NCBI RefSeq assembly: GCF_006345805.1
Contig: NC_043013.1
Span: forward strand, 8,928,001-8,992,000
Length of the DNA: 64,000 bases
Direction of reading: 5' to 3'
Source of the DNA: Octopus sinensis
Taxonomy: Eukaryota
Shown here: piece after piece, positions 50,227-61,794 of the stretch
Layout: each line of letters starts with the position of its first letter
How positions within the stretch are numbered: position 1 is the first letter of the stretch
The notes under the pieces: generated by a model
The model's input: only the letters and a program-made list of their open reading frames with translations
Told to the model about the DNA's origin: nothing
The model's database searches: none
Translations under genes and position numbers: made by a program

Positions 50227-50521
50227 GTACTTTATTTAAAGCAGCAGAAAATTCAACAAAACCTGTTACTCTGTGTTTCCCGTTGCCGTTCATCGGACAT
50301 TTTTTGCTAGAATGGAACTGATATGTCAATTCTATCCAGAGTCTGGATATAATTGACATATCGGTTCCATTCTAGCAAAAACTGTCCGATGAACGGCAAC
50401 GGGAAACACAGAGTAACAGGTTTTGTTTAATTTTCTGCTGCTTTAAATAAAGCAAATTACTCTACCACTGGTATTTGAGTACACTTTTTTCCACCTTGTT
50501 TCACATTTATATGTTTACTCC

Positions 50522-50523
<2 letters not shown>
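50227..50523. mobile_element. ~300-bp non-autonomous, probably Penelope-derived element in (TA)n, containing a 111-bp-arm palindrome
   Basis: Arms 50230-50340 and 50342-50452 with 4 mismatches; each arm has a hammerhead-like motif. Related collapsed copy at 47858-47995. Confidence 0.75.
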
Positions 50524-50559
<36 letters not shown>

Positions 50560-51362
50560 ATATGATATGTATGGAGAAAGAGCGAGAGGGAAGGAAGGAA
50601 AGAGAGTCAGAGGGGGTAGATAGAAAAGAGAAAGTGAAGTCTGAATGAGACAGTAAGTTAAATGAAAGGAAGTGAATAGATGTACAGCAGAATATCTGAA
50701 AGAAGATAAAATGAAACTCAAGAAGAAAATAGAGGTAAGTCTGAAGCAAAAGCATTATGAATTACTAAGAAAGTGATTTCTGTCCTTTTTGTTTGGCAGG
50801 TTCAATACTAGTGTGAGTGTGTGTGTGTTGTGTGTGTGTGTGTAGAAGAGTTAGAAAGAATTCTTGATACAGTCACAGTATTTGAAGAATGATTTTCTTA
50901 ATTATTAATTATATGAAAAACTATTTTAAAATACAGAATGACACGAACAATTTGGAAGGAAGTTTCTGTATTGAGAGAGAGAGAGGGAGAGAAATAAATA
51001 AATAAGAAATGAAAAACATAATCAGAGCACAAAAATTTGAGAGAGGCAGAGCTCGTTAAATAAGGAAGAAGATTGGAAGATGTAAGAGAAACTAAGTGAA
51101 AAACATGGGGAATATATATTTGTGTGTGTGTGGGGGGATGCGCATATATGTGTGCACTTACATACATACACATATATATATATACACACACATATAAAAT
51201 GTGTGTGCATGTGTATTTATGTGAATAAAGAAGGCAAAGAAAATGAAAAGAAAATAACAGGAGGAAAAGAAAGAGAAAAAGTAGAGAAAGAGAGAGAGAG
51301 AAAGGAGTTGAATGGGGAAATGTCGAAGGATTGTAGGGCTTACTGATATTTAGAATAATTAC

Positions 51363-51467
51363 CTTTAGTACAACTCCTTTTCCAAACGTGACATCACCTG
51401 ACACAGTGAGATGGTCAAGTTCTAACATGTCTGGTATACTGGCAAAACGAGCTAAGAACTCTTTCAC
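51363..51467 (-). CDS. UGP2: UGP2 exon: VKEFLARFASIPDMLELDHLTVSGDVTFGKGVVLK
   Basis: Matches IPDMLELDHLTVSGDVTFGK (left-handed beta-helix region). 105 nt, phase 0 to 0. Confidence 0.96.
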
Positions 51468-52077
51468 CTGAAAAATCACAGAAATGATTGATGAGAAAAA
51501 AAATTTTAGTAGAAAAATCCGTTAAAATTTTTTTAAATACAAGAAAATGCAGACCAATACCAATTTGTTTGGAGTCTGTTTAATCATATATATATATATA
51601 TAGACATAAAATATAGGGTAATGAGTTTTTTTAGAAATTTCACTACCTGTGGCCTAGCATGTATAAAAAGTCAATAGACAACATATTCTCAATATAAAAT
51701 AGTGTACATTTAAACACAAAAGAAACTGCCTTCAAACTGCTTGTTGAAGGCAGTTTCTCTTGTGTTTAAATGTACACTATTTCATATGTATGTATATATA
51801 TATTTGTTTTTCAAGATTCTTGATGTGAAATCGTGTCTTGAAGCAGATGTTGTTGTATTTAGGAATGGTCATTTTGCCAGTTTAGCCAATAAATTAAGAT
51901 TAATGTAAAAAATAAAAAATAAGTAACGCTGAAGCAAATTAACACCAAATATATAGTGCGTGTGTTTGTATTGGCTAAACTGGCAAAATGACCATTCCGA
52001 AACACAACAACATATATATATTTGTATGTATGTATGTATATATGTATGTGTGTATATATGTATATTTGTGTGTGTAT

Positions 52078-52360
52078 ACGAGGGTGAGTCAAAAAGTAAT
52101 GCCATTTTGTTTAGGACAGGTATAATTACCAACACAGGAACATGTACCATACATCAAAATGAAGCTGCTCCTCTGTGGATCACATCCCTATCTCTCGACA
52201 TAGTCACTGTTTCTCTCAATAGCAATGTTCAACCTTCAAATGAGAGCATGTATCTCTGCCCCGTAAAATTCTTTTGACTGTTCTTTGAGCCACTTCTTCA
52301 CTACCATTTTCACATCCTCATCACTAGAATAATGTTTACCTCTCAAACCCTCTTTCGTGG
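52078..52360 (-). mobile_element. Mariner 3' fragment with right TIR, in a UGP2 intron
   Basis: KEGLRGKHYSSDEDVK..VKKWL......FY...IHALI and terminus ...actttttgactcaccctcg+TA. Confidence 0.8.
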
Positions 52361-52433
52361 CGCTAAATCTGGTGAGTGTGGAGGTAGTGAAGAAGTGGTT
52401 CAAAGAACAGCCAATATCAGCTTTCCACATTTA

Positions 52434-52655
52434 ACCTTTCTGTTTCCATATTTATTTTGGGATGCTCTGTGTTTCTTTCAGTTACTTTAAATATAACAGA
52501 GAATTTAGTAAAATAACTCAGTTATCATTAAGCTAGTGTTAGGAACAAACATTGTGATCAAAGTTTGGTGGAAGATTTTAATTCAAAACTTATGAAAACA
52601 AAATATTTGTACTACAGAGCCAGAGGTGGTTTCAGCCGGGTTGCTAATGAAATGG
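52434..52655 (-). mobile_element. piggyBac-like MITE copy in a UGP2 intron
   Basis: Reverse complement of the 43172 family; TTAA at both ends. Confidence 0.75.
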
Positions 52656-52733
52656 TTAATAGAGGTTAAACAATGCACCTTTGGAAAACTTTTGGATACC
52701 CTTCTGTTTGATAAAAAGGAATAAGAATATTAC

Positions 52734-52897
52734 CTTCTGAAAAGTTGCTCCGAGTTTTACCAATGGTACAGATGGAAAGGAGCGTTTTGTACTCATCTCA
52801 AGTGCTCCTGTTTTCATGGTATATAAATTACTCATAACCAATAAAAGATCAGAGGTTGTTTTTACCGGACGAAACCGTTTCCGTGGAACATTGATGC
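52734..52897 (-). CDS. UGP2: UGP2 exon: (G)INVPRKRFRPVKTTSDLLLVMSNLYTMKTGALEMSTKRSFPSVPLVKLGATFQK
   Basis: Matches INVPR.RF.PVKTTSDLLLV.SNLY...VPLVKLG. 164 nt, phase 1 to 0, canonical splice sites. Confidence 0.96.
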
Positions 52898-52974
52898 CTG
52901 AAAACAGAAAATATCTGATATTAAGAATATAGCGTACAATGATGGTGGTGATTATGATGATAATAAAATAATAA

Positions 52975-53612
52975 TAATATAATAATAATAATAATAATAA
53001 TTGTGTACAGTGCTCAGGTGCACTACAACTCATCTAAAGTGTATATATAATCAGGTGTAGTTTCGGCGGATTTCGGAAAGCATGAGGGCCTTAAAAGATG
53101 CAGTGTCATGGCAGTCAAAAACTGACGCAGGCAGTTTATTCCATGCTTCAGCAACTCTGAGCGTGAAAAAATGTTTCCGAAAGTCATGGGAGCTGTATTG
53201 TTTTCTGACTTTGTAGGCATGTCCACGTGTGTTAGACACATGGAGATCAAAAAGGTGTTCAGTGTTGTTGTTGGTGAGGTGGTTGATAACTTTGTGGGTG
53301 TTACCAAGTCCGTCGCCAAACGCCGGAGCTTCAGTGAATCCATGCCCAGGGAAACAAGGCGCTCAGAATATGGTAGGTGTCTGATGGAGGGTATGCGTTT
53401 GGTTGCACGTCTCTGGACAGATTCCAGGAGGTCAATGTTCTGTGCAAGATAGGGGTTCCAAACTGATGATGCGAATTCCAAGTGTGGTCGTACCATAGCT
53501 GTATACAGTTTTAAATAGATGGCTGGAGAGCGGCTAACAAAAGACCTGCTGAGTGATGCCAAGACACCCTCGGCCTTCCTGACAATCTTAGAGATATGCT
53601 TTGACCAACGCA
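52975..53612 (-). mobile_element. CR1-clade LINE 3' end in a UGP2 intron
   Basis: LYTAMVRPHLEFASSVWNPY...LESVQRRATKRI...YSERL..L....L..RR and TRGHAYKV...FFTLRVAEAWNKLP; (ATT)n tail. Confidence 0.9.
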
Positions 53613-54702
53613 AATGATGATGATGATTAGGATAGGCAGAATCGTTAGCAAGCCGGGCGAAATGCGTAGCCGTATTTCTTCTGCCGCTACGTTCTGAGTT
53701 CAAATTCCGCCGAGGTCAACTTTGCCTTTCATCCTTTCGGGGTCGGTTAAATAAGTACCAGTTACGCACTGGGGTCGATATAATCGACTTAATCTGTTTG
53801 TCTGTCCTTGTTTGTCCTCTCTGTGTTTAGCCCCTTGTGGTCAGTAAAGAAATAGATATTGTTCACTGTAGCATTAATAGTAATTGTGGTGATGGCGGTA
53901 GTGGTGGTGGCAGTAGTGGTGGTTGTATTGGTGATGGTGGTGGTTGTGGTGGTAGTAGTGGTGATGAAAGCACAGATGGTCACAGTGGTGGTTGTCATAG
54001 TTGTTGTGGTGGTGCAGTCGTTGTCATTGTCATCATAGTGGTGATGGTGGTTGGGGTGGGGGTGATGACCATGGTGGTTGGCAGTGGTCACAGCTGTGGT
54101 GGTAGTGATATGTTTGTGGTGATGGTTGTGATGGTTGTAGTTTTAGCTCATGTCAGTCCTCATTAAATAAACCTATGACCTATAACGACAACAAAACATT
54201 TATTTCCTGACCAAAACCTTACTTTACCCTTCTTCAGCAAGGACCCTAGCGACCACAATGACATGGCCTTCTTTACTTCAGATAAAGGGGTTGAGATTCA
54301 AAGAGGTGAGAGGTATGTTGCTGCTAATTCTAGCAGATCACTGACCGGCCATGTAAAGGCAACAGGTAAGTAGTAATAATAGCTATATCTCAGAAAAGAC
54401 ACTGTGACAGATATTTTAATAATAAGGTAAATTAGCGATTACAAATATACCAGAATATTAAGGTAGCATAAAAGCAAGACTGTGAAGGGCAATGAGGAAG
54501 GGATCACAGTGATATTGACCCCCACTAATTATAGAGTGAGGGTTGTGGGTCTATTTCATTACTGGAGAATGTCTAATGACTTGTTTTTACCCCTACCTTT
54601 CATGAGCTATTTGTAACTGGTGGTTAAAGTGTAAACACACACATAGACACATGCACATGTAAGCACACTCATATATACGTTTTGTGTGTGTGTGTTTACA
54701 GA

Positions 54703-54739
<37 letters not shown>

Positions 54740-54805
54740 ACAGACACGTATACACATACACCCAAATATATACATACATGCAGAAACGTATAAATATTAT
54801 ACATA

Positions 54806-54927
<122 letters not shown>

Positions 54928-55033
54928 TTCATACACATGTAGTATACAGATACATATTTGTAAACATATATATGTGAGTTTGTGCATGCGCACAAATGTG
55001 TGTGAGTGTTTGTGCATGAGCACACATGTGCAT

Positions 55034-55066
<33 letters not shown>

Positions 55067-55744
55067 GTATGTGTGCGTGTGCTTGTGTGTATAGCTCTTA
55101 ACAGAGGACCAGGGATATGACATATATGTACACACACACACACACACACACTTACAACTAGTGGCTATTGTTTATACCCACACACAAGCACACAAGCCTA
55201 TAAGTTAGTGTTGGAAATTAGACCCACACAGCTATTATTAGTGATCAGCATGACATATTCAAATATTCATATGGATATAAATGAACTTAGGTAAACCTTC
55301 TAAAAGTAGACTTTCATACTTGACTTTACAGTAGGAAAATGTGAATATAAGAATGCATCTCTCTCTCTCTCTCTTTCTCTCTTTCTCTCTCTCTGTATAG
55401 GAGTGGCTGTGTGGTAAGTAGCTTGCTTACCAACCACATGGTTCAGGGTTCAGTCCCACCGCGTGGCACCTTGGGCAAGTGTCTTCTGCTACAGCCTTGA
55501 GCCGACCAAAGCCTTGTGAGTGGATTTGGTAGACGGAAACTGAAAGAAGCCCGTCGTATATATCTATATGTATATATATGTATGTGTGTGTATATGTTTG
55601 TGTGTCTGTGATTGTCCCCCCAACATCGCTTGACAACTGATGCTGGTGTGTTTACATCCCCATAACTTAGCGGTTCGGCAAAAGAAACCGATAGAATAAG
55701 TACTAGGCTTACAAAGAATAAGTCCTGGGGTCCTCCTCCCATTC

Positions 55745-56000
55745 ATTTTACAAGTTCAGCAGTCTTTCATAATGGCTTCTCCAAGCCTCTTTCGTTTCTG
55801 AATTGCTAAAAGCAAGTCCACCATCATCCATGCGGACACATTTCTCTGGCTGGGGTCGATTAGCATGATTTTGAAAATACACATAAATCTCGTTTGTTGA
55901 GTTTTGGTCCCACACCCAACCCAGTTCTGCACAATCAGTGTCATGACAGGAATGCATGGGTTGGGAGTTTGACTGGCAGAGGTGATCAAGTTGCAGCCCT
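55745..56000 (-). mobile_element. Short RTE EN-RT linker fragment
   Basis: EKCVRMDDGGLAFS...KEAWRSHYERLLN. Confidence 0.65.
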
Positions 56001-56934
56001 TTTGACACCTAACCCACTTGTCCTATGAGTGAATAGCAATGGTGGTAAGAAAAGTGTTGAATTTGGTGAAAAGGCAGAGCAATTAGAGCACAAAAAGTAG
56101 CATTCAAAGTGATCTTTTGAGCAAGTAACACAATAAGGTCAATAGTTATAAGTTCATGATGCATAAAAGTACATAAGACATCAAAGTTAATTAAGGTATA
56201 AATAATAGGTATGCTTTTTTGCCAGAAGGCTAATTGGGCTCCTGATCCACTGAAATGGAGGTGGTTAGGCTCGGAACACAACTAAGCCTTCAACTAAAAC
56301 CTAGACTAACCTTAAGGAAGGGGGCTCGGGAGCCTCTAATTGGCAGCTTCTAATCCCAATATGTCACTAACCCACCCTAGGGGTTCTAAATAACATGGCT
56401 GTAGAGGAAATTGGCTGTGGAGATGTGCATGGAGGGTTTGTTTCGGAGGAGGACGACTGCATTGGATTAAGGACCATTGAAGAATGTAGCTTTGGAGATC
56501 CTAACTCGTTAATTATTCCTTGCATTTCTCAAATCAAAAAAGCATATACGTTTGAAAGGCAAAACACATTATAACGTGTTTTCACAAAACACAAAAATGC
56601 ACTGAGTCATACAGACTGTCTGCAAATGCGCACGTGCATTCAACTGTCAAGGGTAAAATTATCTCCGTCCAATCAAAAAACAGCTGGCAGTCTATTGGCG
56701 TATCTAGTTGTACACACGCACTGCATACAAATTTCTATGTTTTAGTGATTTTGAATGGATATGCCCATAACTTATGTGCATAAGTATATCGATATTTTTA
56801 ATGGCTTTCTGGGGTGACTGGGGAAATGAAAACTTCTTCATGAGCACCCTCAGACAATTTTGAAAGCCCATAGAAAATGCGAGCCTTTTAAGTGAAAAAC
56901 TGTGAATTTGTATAAAGAACACACAGACATTTTA

Positions 56935-57545
56935 CCTACTTGCGAAGACCTGTTGAGGAAAGTGAAATCAAAAATCAAAAATCAAAATCAATTTGATTAC
57001 TGGCGTCCGTGCTAGCGGGGTTCAAAGAGCACCATACGAGTGTGATCACTGACAGAGTGGCTAACCAGCTTCCGTGCCAGTGGCACTTAAAAAGCACCAT
57101 TCGAGTGTGATCGTTACCAGTGTTGCACTACTGGCGCTCGAGCCCCGTGCTAGTAGGGTATTAAGAGCACCATCTGAGCATGATCATTGCCAGAGCAGCT
57201 ATCTGGCCTCCATGCCTATGGCACATAAAAAATACCATTCGAGCAGGAAACACCATTCGAACGGGATCGTTACCAGCATCGCCTTACTGGCACCCGTGCC
57301 GGTGGCATGTGTAAAAGATTCGAGCGAGGTCGTTGCCAGTGCCACGTGGCTCCGTGCTGGTGGCATGTAAAAGCACCCACTACACTCTCGGAGTGGTTGG
57401 CATTAGGAAGGGCATCCAGCTGTAGAAACTCTGCCAAATCAAGATTGAAGCCTGGTGCAGCCATCTTGTTCGCCAGCCCTCAGTCATACGTCCAAACCAT
57501 GCTAGCATGGAAAGCGGACGTTAAATGATGATGATGATGATGATG
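56935..57545 (+). mobile_element. Shorter copy of the same RTE 3'UTR, tail-to-tail with 57665-59100
   Basis: Begins with gaagacctgttgagg.aagtgaaatcaaaaatc, the post-ORF sequence of the 57665-59100 element, and ends ...gcatggaaagcggacgttaaatgatgatg. Confidence 0.8.
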
Positions 57546-57664
57546 ATATATTATATATATTATATATATATTATACATATGATATATATAAATATATATA
57601 TATAATATACATATATATATATGTATTATATATATATATATGTATTCATCATCATCATCATCAT

Positions 57665-59100
57665 CATCATTTAACGTCCGCTTTCCATGCTAGCATGGGT
57701 TGGACGGTTCAACTGGGGTCTGGGGAGCCCGAAGGCTGCACCAGGCCAGTCAGATCTGGCAGTGTTTCTACAGCTGGATGCCCTTCCTAACGCCAACCAC
57801 TCCGAGAGTGTAGTGGGTGATTTTATGTGCCACCGACACAGGTGCCAGACGAGGCTGGCGAATGGCCACGCTCGGATGGTGTTTTTATGTGCCACCAACA
57901 CAGGTGCCAGACGAAGCTGGCGAACGGCCACGCTCGGATGGTGTTTTTATGTGCCACCGACACAGGTGCCAGACAAGGCTGGCAGACGACCACGCTCGGA
58001 TGGTGTTTTTATGTGCCACCGACACAGGTGCCAGACGAGGCTGGCGAACGGCCACGCTCGGATGGTGTTTTTATGTGCCACCGACACAGGTGCCAGACAA
58101 GGCTAGCAGACGACCACGCTCGGATGGTGTTTTTTTTTTTTTTTTTTATTTATGTGCTACCGACACAGGAACCAGATTAGGCTGGCGATCGGCCACGATT
58201 GGATGGTGATTGTTACGTGCCCACAGCATGGAGGCCAGTCGGTGCGGTACTGGCTACGGCCACGTTCGGATGGTATTCTTATGTGCCACCGGCACTGGTA
58301 CCACAAAGATACAAATTCCATTGATGTTCATCTATTTTGATTTTGTTTGATTTGATTTGATTTTCACTTGCCTCAACAGGTCTTCACAAGTGTCACAAGA
58401 AGGAAGGTATGCACAGGTGGACTGACTACATCCCAGGTAGGAGCCACGGGTTATGGCCTGACTAGTCTTGCCAGGTCTTCTCACGCACAGCATACTTCCA
58501 TAAGTCTCGGTCTCTAGTCATTTCCTTGGTGAGACCTAAAGTTCGTAGGTCGTGCTTCACCACTTCGTCCCAGGTTTTCCTGGGTCTACCTCTTCCACAG
58601 GTTCTCTCAACTGCTAGGGTGTAGCACTTTTGCACACAACTATCTTCAGCCATTCTCGTCATATGACCATACCAGCGCAGCCGTCTCTCTTGCACACCAC
58701 AACTGACGCTTCTTAGGTTCAACTTTTCTCTCAAGGTACTTACACTCTGACGATTATGAACACTGACATTACACATCCATCGGAGCATACTGGCTTCATT
58801 TCTTGTGAGCTTACGCATATCCTCAGCAGTCACGGCCCATGTTTCACTACCATGTAGCATGGCTGTACGTACACATGCATCATAAAGTCTGCCTTTTACT
58901 CTGAGCGAGAGGACTTTTGTCACCAGCAGGGGTAAGAGCTCTCTAAACTTTGCCCAGGCTATTCTTACTCTAGCAGTTACACTTTCAGCACACCCACCCC
59001 CGCTACTGACTTGGTCTCCTAGGTAGCGGAAGCTATCAACTACTTCTAGTTTGTCTCCCTGGAACGTGGTAGCAGTTGGTCTCTGCACATTTCCAGTGTT
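57665..59100 (-). mobile_element. 5'-truncated RTE LINE with long 3'UTR (AAATC repeats, 62-bp minisatellite, (GAT)n tail)
   Basis: ORF 58462..59088: VDSFRYLG...RVRIAWAKFRELLP...YDACVRTAMLHGSETW...RLRWYGH..RM...RGRPRKTW. Continuous downstream with the ...ggaaagcggacgttaaatgatgatg repeat. Confidence 0.85.
57821..58260. repeat. 62-bp minisatellite inside an RTE 3'UTR (five near-perfect units plus degenerate ones)
   Basis: ggtgccagac recurs at 57841, 57903, 57965, 58027 and 58089 (period 62); a sixth unit follows a poly-T expansion. Confidence 0.95.
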
Positions 59101-59142
59101 TATTTCTCCTGAGCATCTGCCACATACGAATTATATATAAAT

Positions 59143-59221
<79 letters not shown>

Positions 59222-59254
59222 CATAGATAGATAGACAGATATATAGCCACCCTT

Positions 59255-60175
59255 GTATGTTACGCAGACAATATGATAGTCTTGCAGAAAATACAAAATC
59301 CTAGCAATGTTGCATGCTTGCAGCAGGAGTTGGACATAATTTACAGATGGGCTGAGGACAATAATATGCAGTTTAATGGTAGTAAATTCCAAGTCCTGCA
59401 GTACCAGCACCCAAAAGTTAACGAAAAAGTGACAGGGTACACTGACCCCTGGGGAATTCCAATCCCACAATCTAAGTCAGTGCATGACCTGGTTATCAAT
59501 ATGAATGATGATACCTCTCTCGAAGTGTACATTACCAAGATGGCGACAAATTGCAGACAGCTGGCTGGATAGATTCTGAGAACCTTCAGAACCAGTGAGA
59601 AGGAAATTATGATGGTCCTCTAGTGAGCATTGGTCATCAGCTGCCTTGTCTTCTGCTCCCAACTATGGTCACCCAACAGTGTAAAATTAGCAGCTGACCT
59701 TGATGCAATCTGGTGAAGCTTCACAAAAAATATTGTATCATTGCAACAGCTCAGCTACTGAAAAAAGCGGAAACAGCAAAGGTTCTACTCCCTGGAGTGA
59801 AAGCAGGAGAGGCGTGCAGTAATATTCATCTGGAAGATTCTGGAAAAGATTGTGCCAAATTTTGAAACAAGCGCCAAAATGGGTCACCACTGCACAATGG
59901 CGAAGATCCCAACAATGCTGTCACACTTCAGGACATGTTACTGCAACAGCCTAAGTTTCAAGGGCCCACAGCTTTTTAATATCCTCTCAGCCTGAGAGGC
60001 CTACACAAAGAGGATGTAGGTGTTTTCGAAACAAAACTGGATCTCTTCCTGTCAAGAGTCCCAGATGAACCTACCTTACGACAGGAGGTGCCAATGAGGG
60101 CAGTGACATTAATTTCCTTATTCACAAAATTCCACATATCAGAGAAGGCTCTCAATAATAACAAAGTAGCAAAAT
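59255..60175 (+). mobile_element. CR1-clade LINE 3' fragment, decayed
   Basis: YADN...LQQELDIIYRWAEDNNMQFNGSKF, DL.I....D, AGWILRTF, CSQLWSP, GPQLFN.L. Confidence 0.82.
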
Positions 60176-60220
60176 GACAGTACTCCAGCATGGCCATAGC
60201 TTTGAGCTATATATATATAT

Positions 60221-60625
60221 AGGAGTGGCTGTTTGGTAAGTAGCTTGCTCACCAACCACATGGTTCCGGGTTCAGTCCCACTGCATGGCACTTTGGGCAA
60301 GTGTCTTCTACTATAGCCTCGGGCCGACCAAAGCCTTGTGAGTGGATTTGGTAGATGGAAACTGAAAGAAGCCTGTCGTGTATATATATATATATGTGTG
60401 TGTGTTTGTGTGTCTGTGTTTGTGCCCCCAACATCACTTGACAACCGATGCTGGTGTGTTCATGACCCCATAACTTAGTGGTTCGGCAAAAGAGGCCGAT
60501 AGTATAAGTACTAGGCTTGCAAAGGTTTACAAGGAATAAATCCTGGGGTTGATTTGCTCGACTAAAGGTGGTTCTCCAGCATGGCCGCAGTCAAATGACT
60601 GAAACAAGTAAAAGAGTAAAAGAGT
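60221..60625 (+). mobile_element. SINE family B copy in a UGP2 intron
   Basis: Colinear with 37802-38200. Confidence 0.88.
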
Positions 60626-61085
60626 ATACATGTGTGTGTGTATGTATGTATGTATATAATTTAGAGAAAACCTCTATCAAGCAATTCAATAAAGAAAGAT
60701 GTTATTCACACCAAAAAGAAAACATATACTATAAAAAAAAAAAACCTTATTCTAAGTGTGAGTTGATGCCAGTGCTGCCTGAGTGACTTCCTGTGCTGGT
60801 GGCACATAAAAAGCATCATCTGATCGTGGCCAATGCCAGTGCTGCCTGTCTGTGCATAAAAAGCACCCACCCACTACACTCTCGAAGTGGTTGTCATTAG
60901 GAAGGGCATCCAGTTATAGAAACCTTGACAAATCACATTGGAGCCTTCTGCAGCCTACTGTCTTGCCTGTCCTCAGTCAAATTGTCCAACCCATTCCAGC
61001 ATGGAAAACAGACGTTAAACAATGATGATGATGATGATGATGATGATGTAATGGACACACCAAAAATTTGAACAATCTTACCAAC

Positions 61086-61164
61086 CTATAGCCCGTTTAA
61101 AGCTGGCAATGGCCGCACCAGCAGCTGTTTCTAGTTGTATCACATTAATTCCATTGTCCAATGT
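61086..61164 (-). CDS. UGP2: UGP2 exon: TLDNGINVIQLETAAGAAIASFKRAI(G)
   Basis: Matches the QLETA.GAAI motif. 79 nt, phase 0 to 1, with TTTAG acceptor and GTTGGT donor. Too short for the ORF track; found by reading. Confidence 0.95.
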
Positions 61165-61207
61165 CTAAATATAATCAGAAAGAAAATAATAGTAAAAAAA
61201 ATATCAA

Positions 61208-61245
<38 letters not shown>

Positions 61246-61247
<2 letters not shown>

Positions 61248-61775
61248 GTTTCTTTCCAGTACATACAGACCGAACCATCAAAGCCAATAAACCAGATATT
61301 GTTGTGAAAGACAAAAACAATAAAGTTTGCTTATTGATCGACATGAGCATCCCCTGTGATCATAATATCTCGGCGAAAGAGTTTGACAAGCTCAGAAAAT
61401 ATAAAGACCTGCTCATTGAAATTGAGAAAATGTGGCATCTCAAGGCGGTTACAATACCAGTGATCGTAGGAGCACTAGGAATGATCAAGAAGGGAACCGA
61501 AAATTATATGAGAATGATCCCTGGCTTACCATCCCTGCAAGAAGTGCAAAAGATTGTATTAACTGGTACATCACACGTATTGAGAAGAGTATTGTCGCTG
61601 TGAGAGCTGTTACTGCCCATGTATTTTAATTTAACCTTAAAAAAAAAAAATGAACGAACTATTGAGTTTGGTTTAATGGCCTACCAATGTATACTATGAG
61701 TTTCTTTGCCCTAGGAGTCGGGAAGATGCTCGGCAAGAAATGGAAGCAAATTTGAAAGAAGAAGAAAAAAAAAAC
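61246..61775 (+). mobile_element. 5'-truncated R4/Dong-like 3' end (restriction-like endonuclease) inserted in (AAT)n
   Basis: HTDRTIKANKPDIVVKDK...LLIDMSIP.D.N...KE.DK..KYKDL.IEI.KMW.L....IPVIVGALG...LTGTSHVLRRVL*. Preceded by (AAT)n 61208-61245. Confidence 0.9.
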
Positions 61776-61794
61776 AATAATAATAGTAATAAAA

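Noticed and set aside
57821-58150. Regular 62-bp repeats as a CRISPR-like array
   Set aside because: Head-to-tail units with no unique spacers, eukaryotic context, and located inside a LINE 3'UTR.
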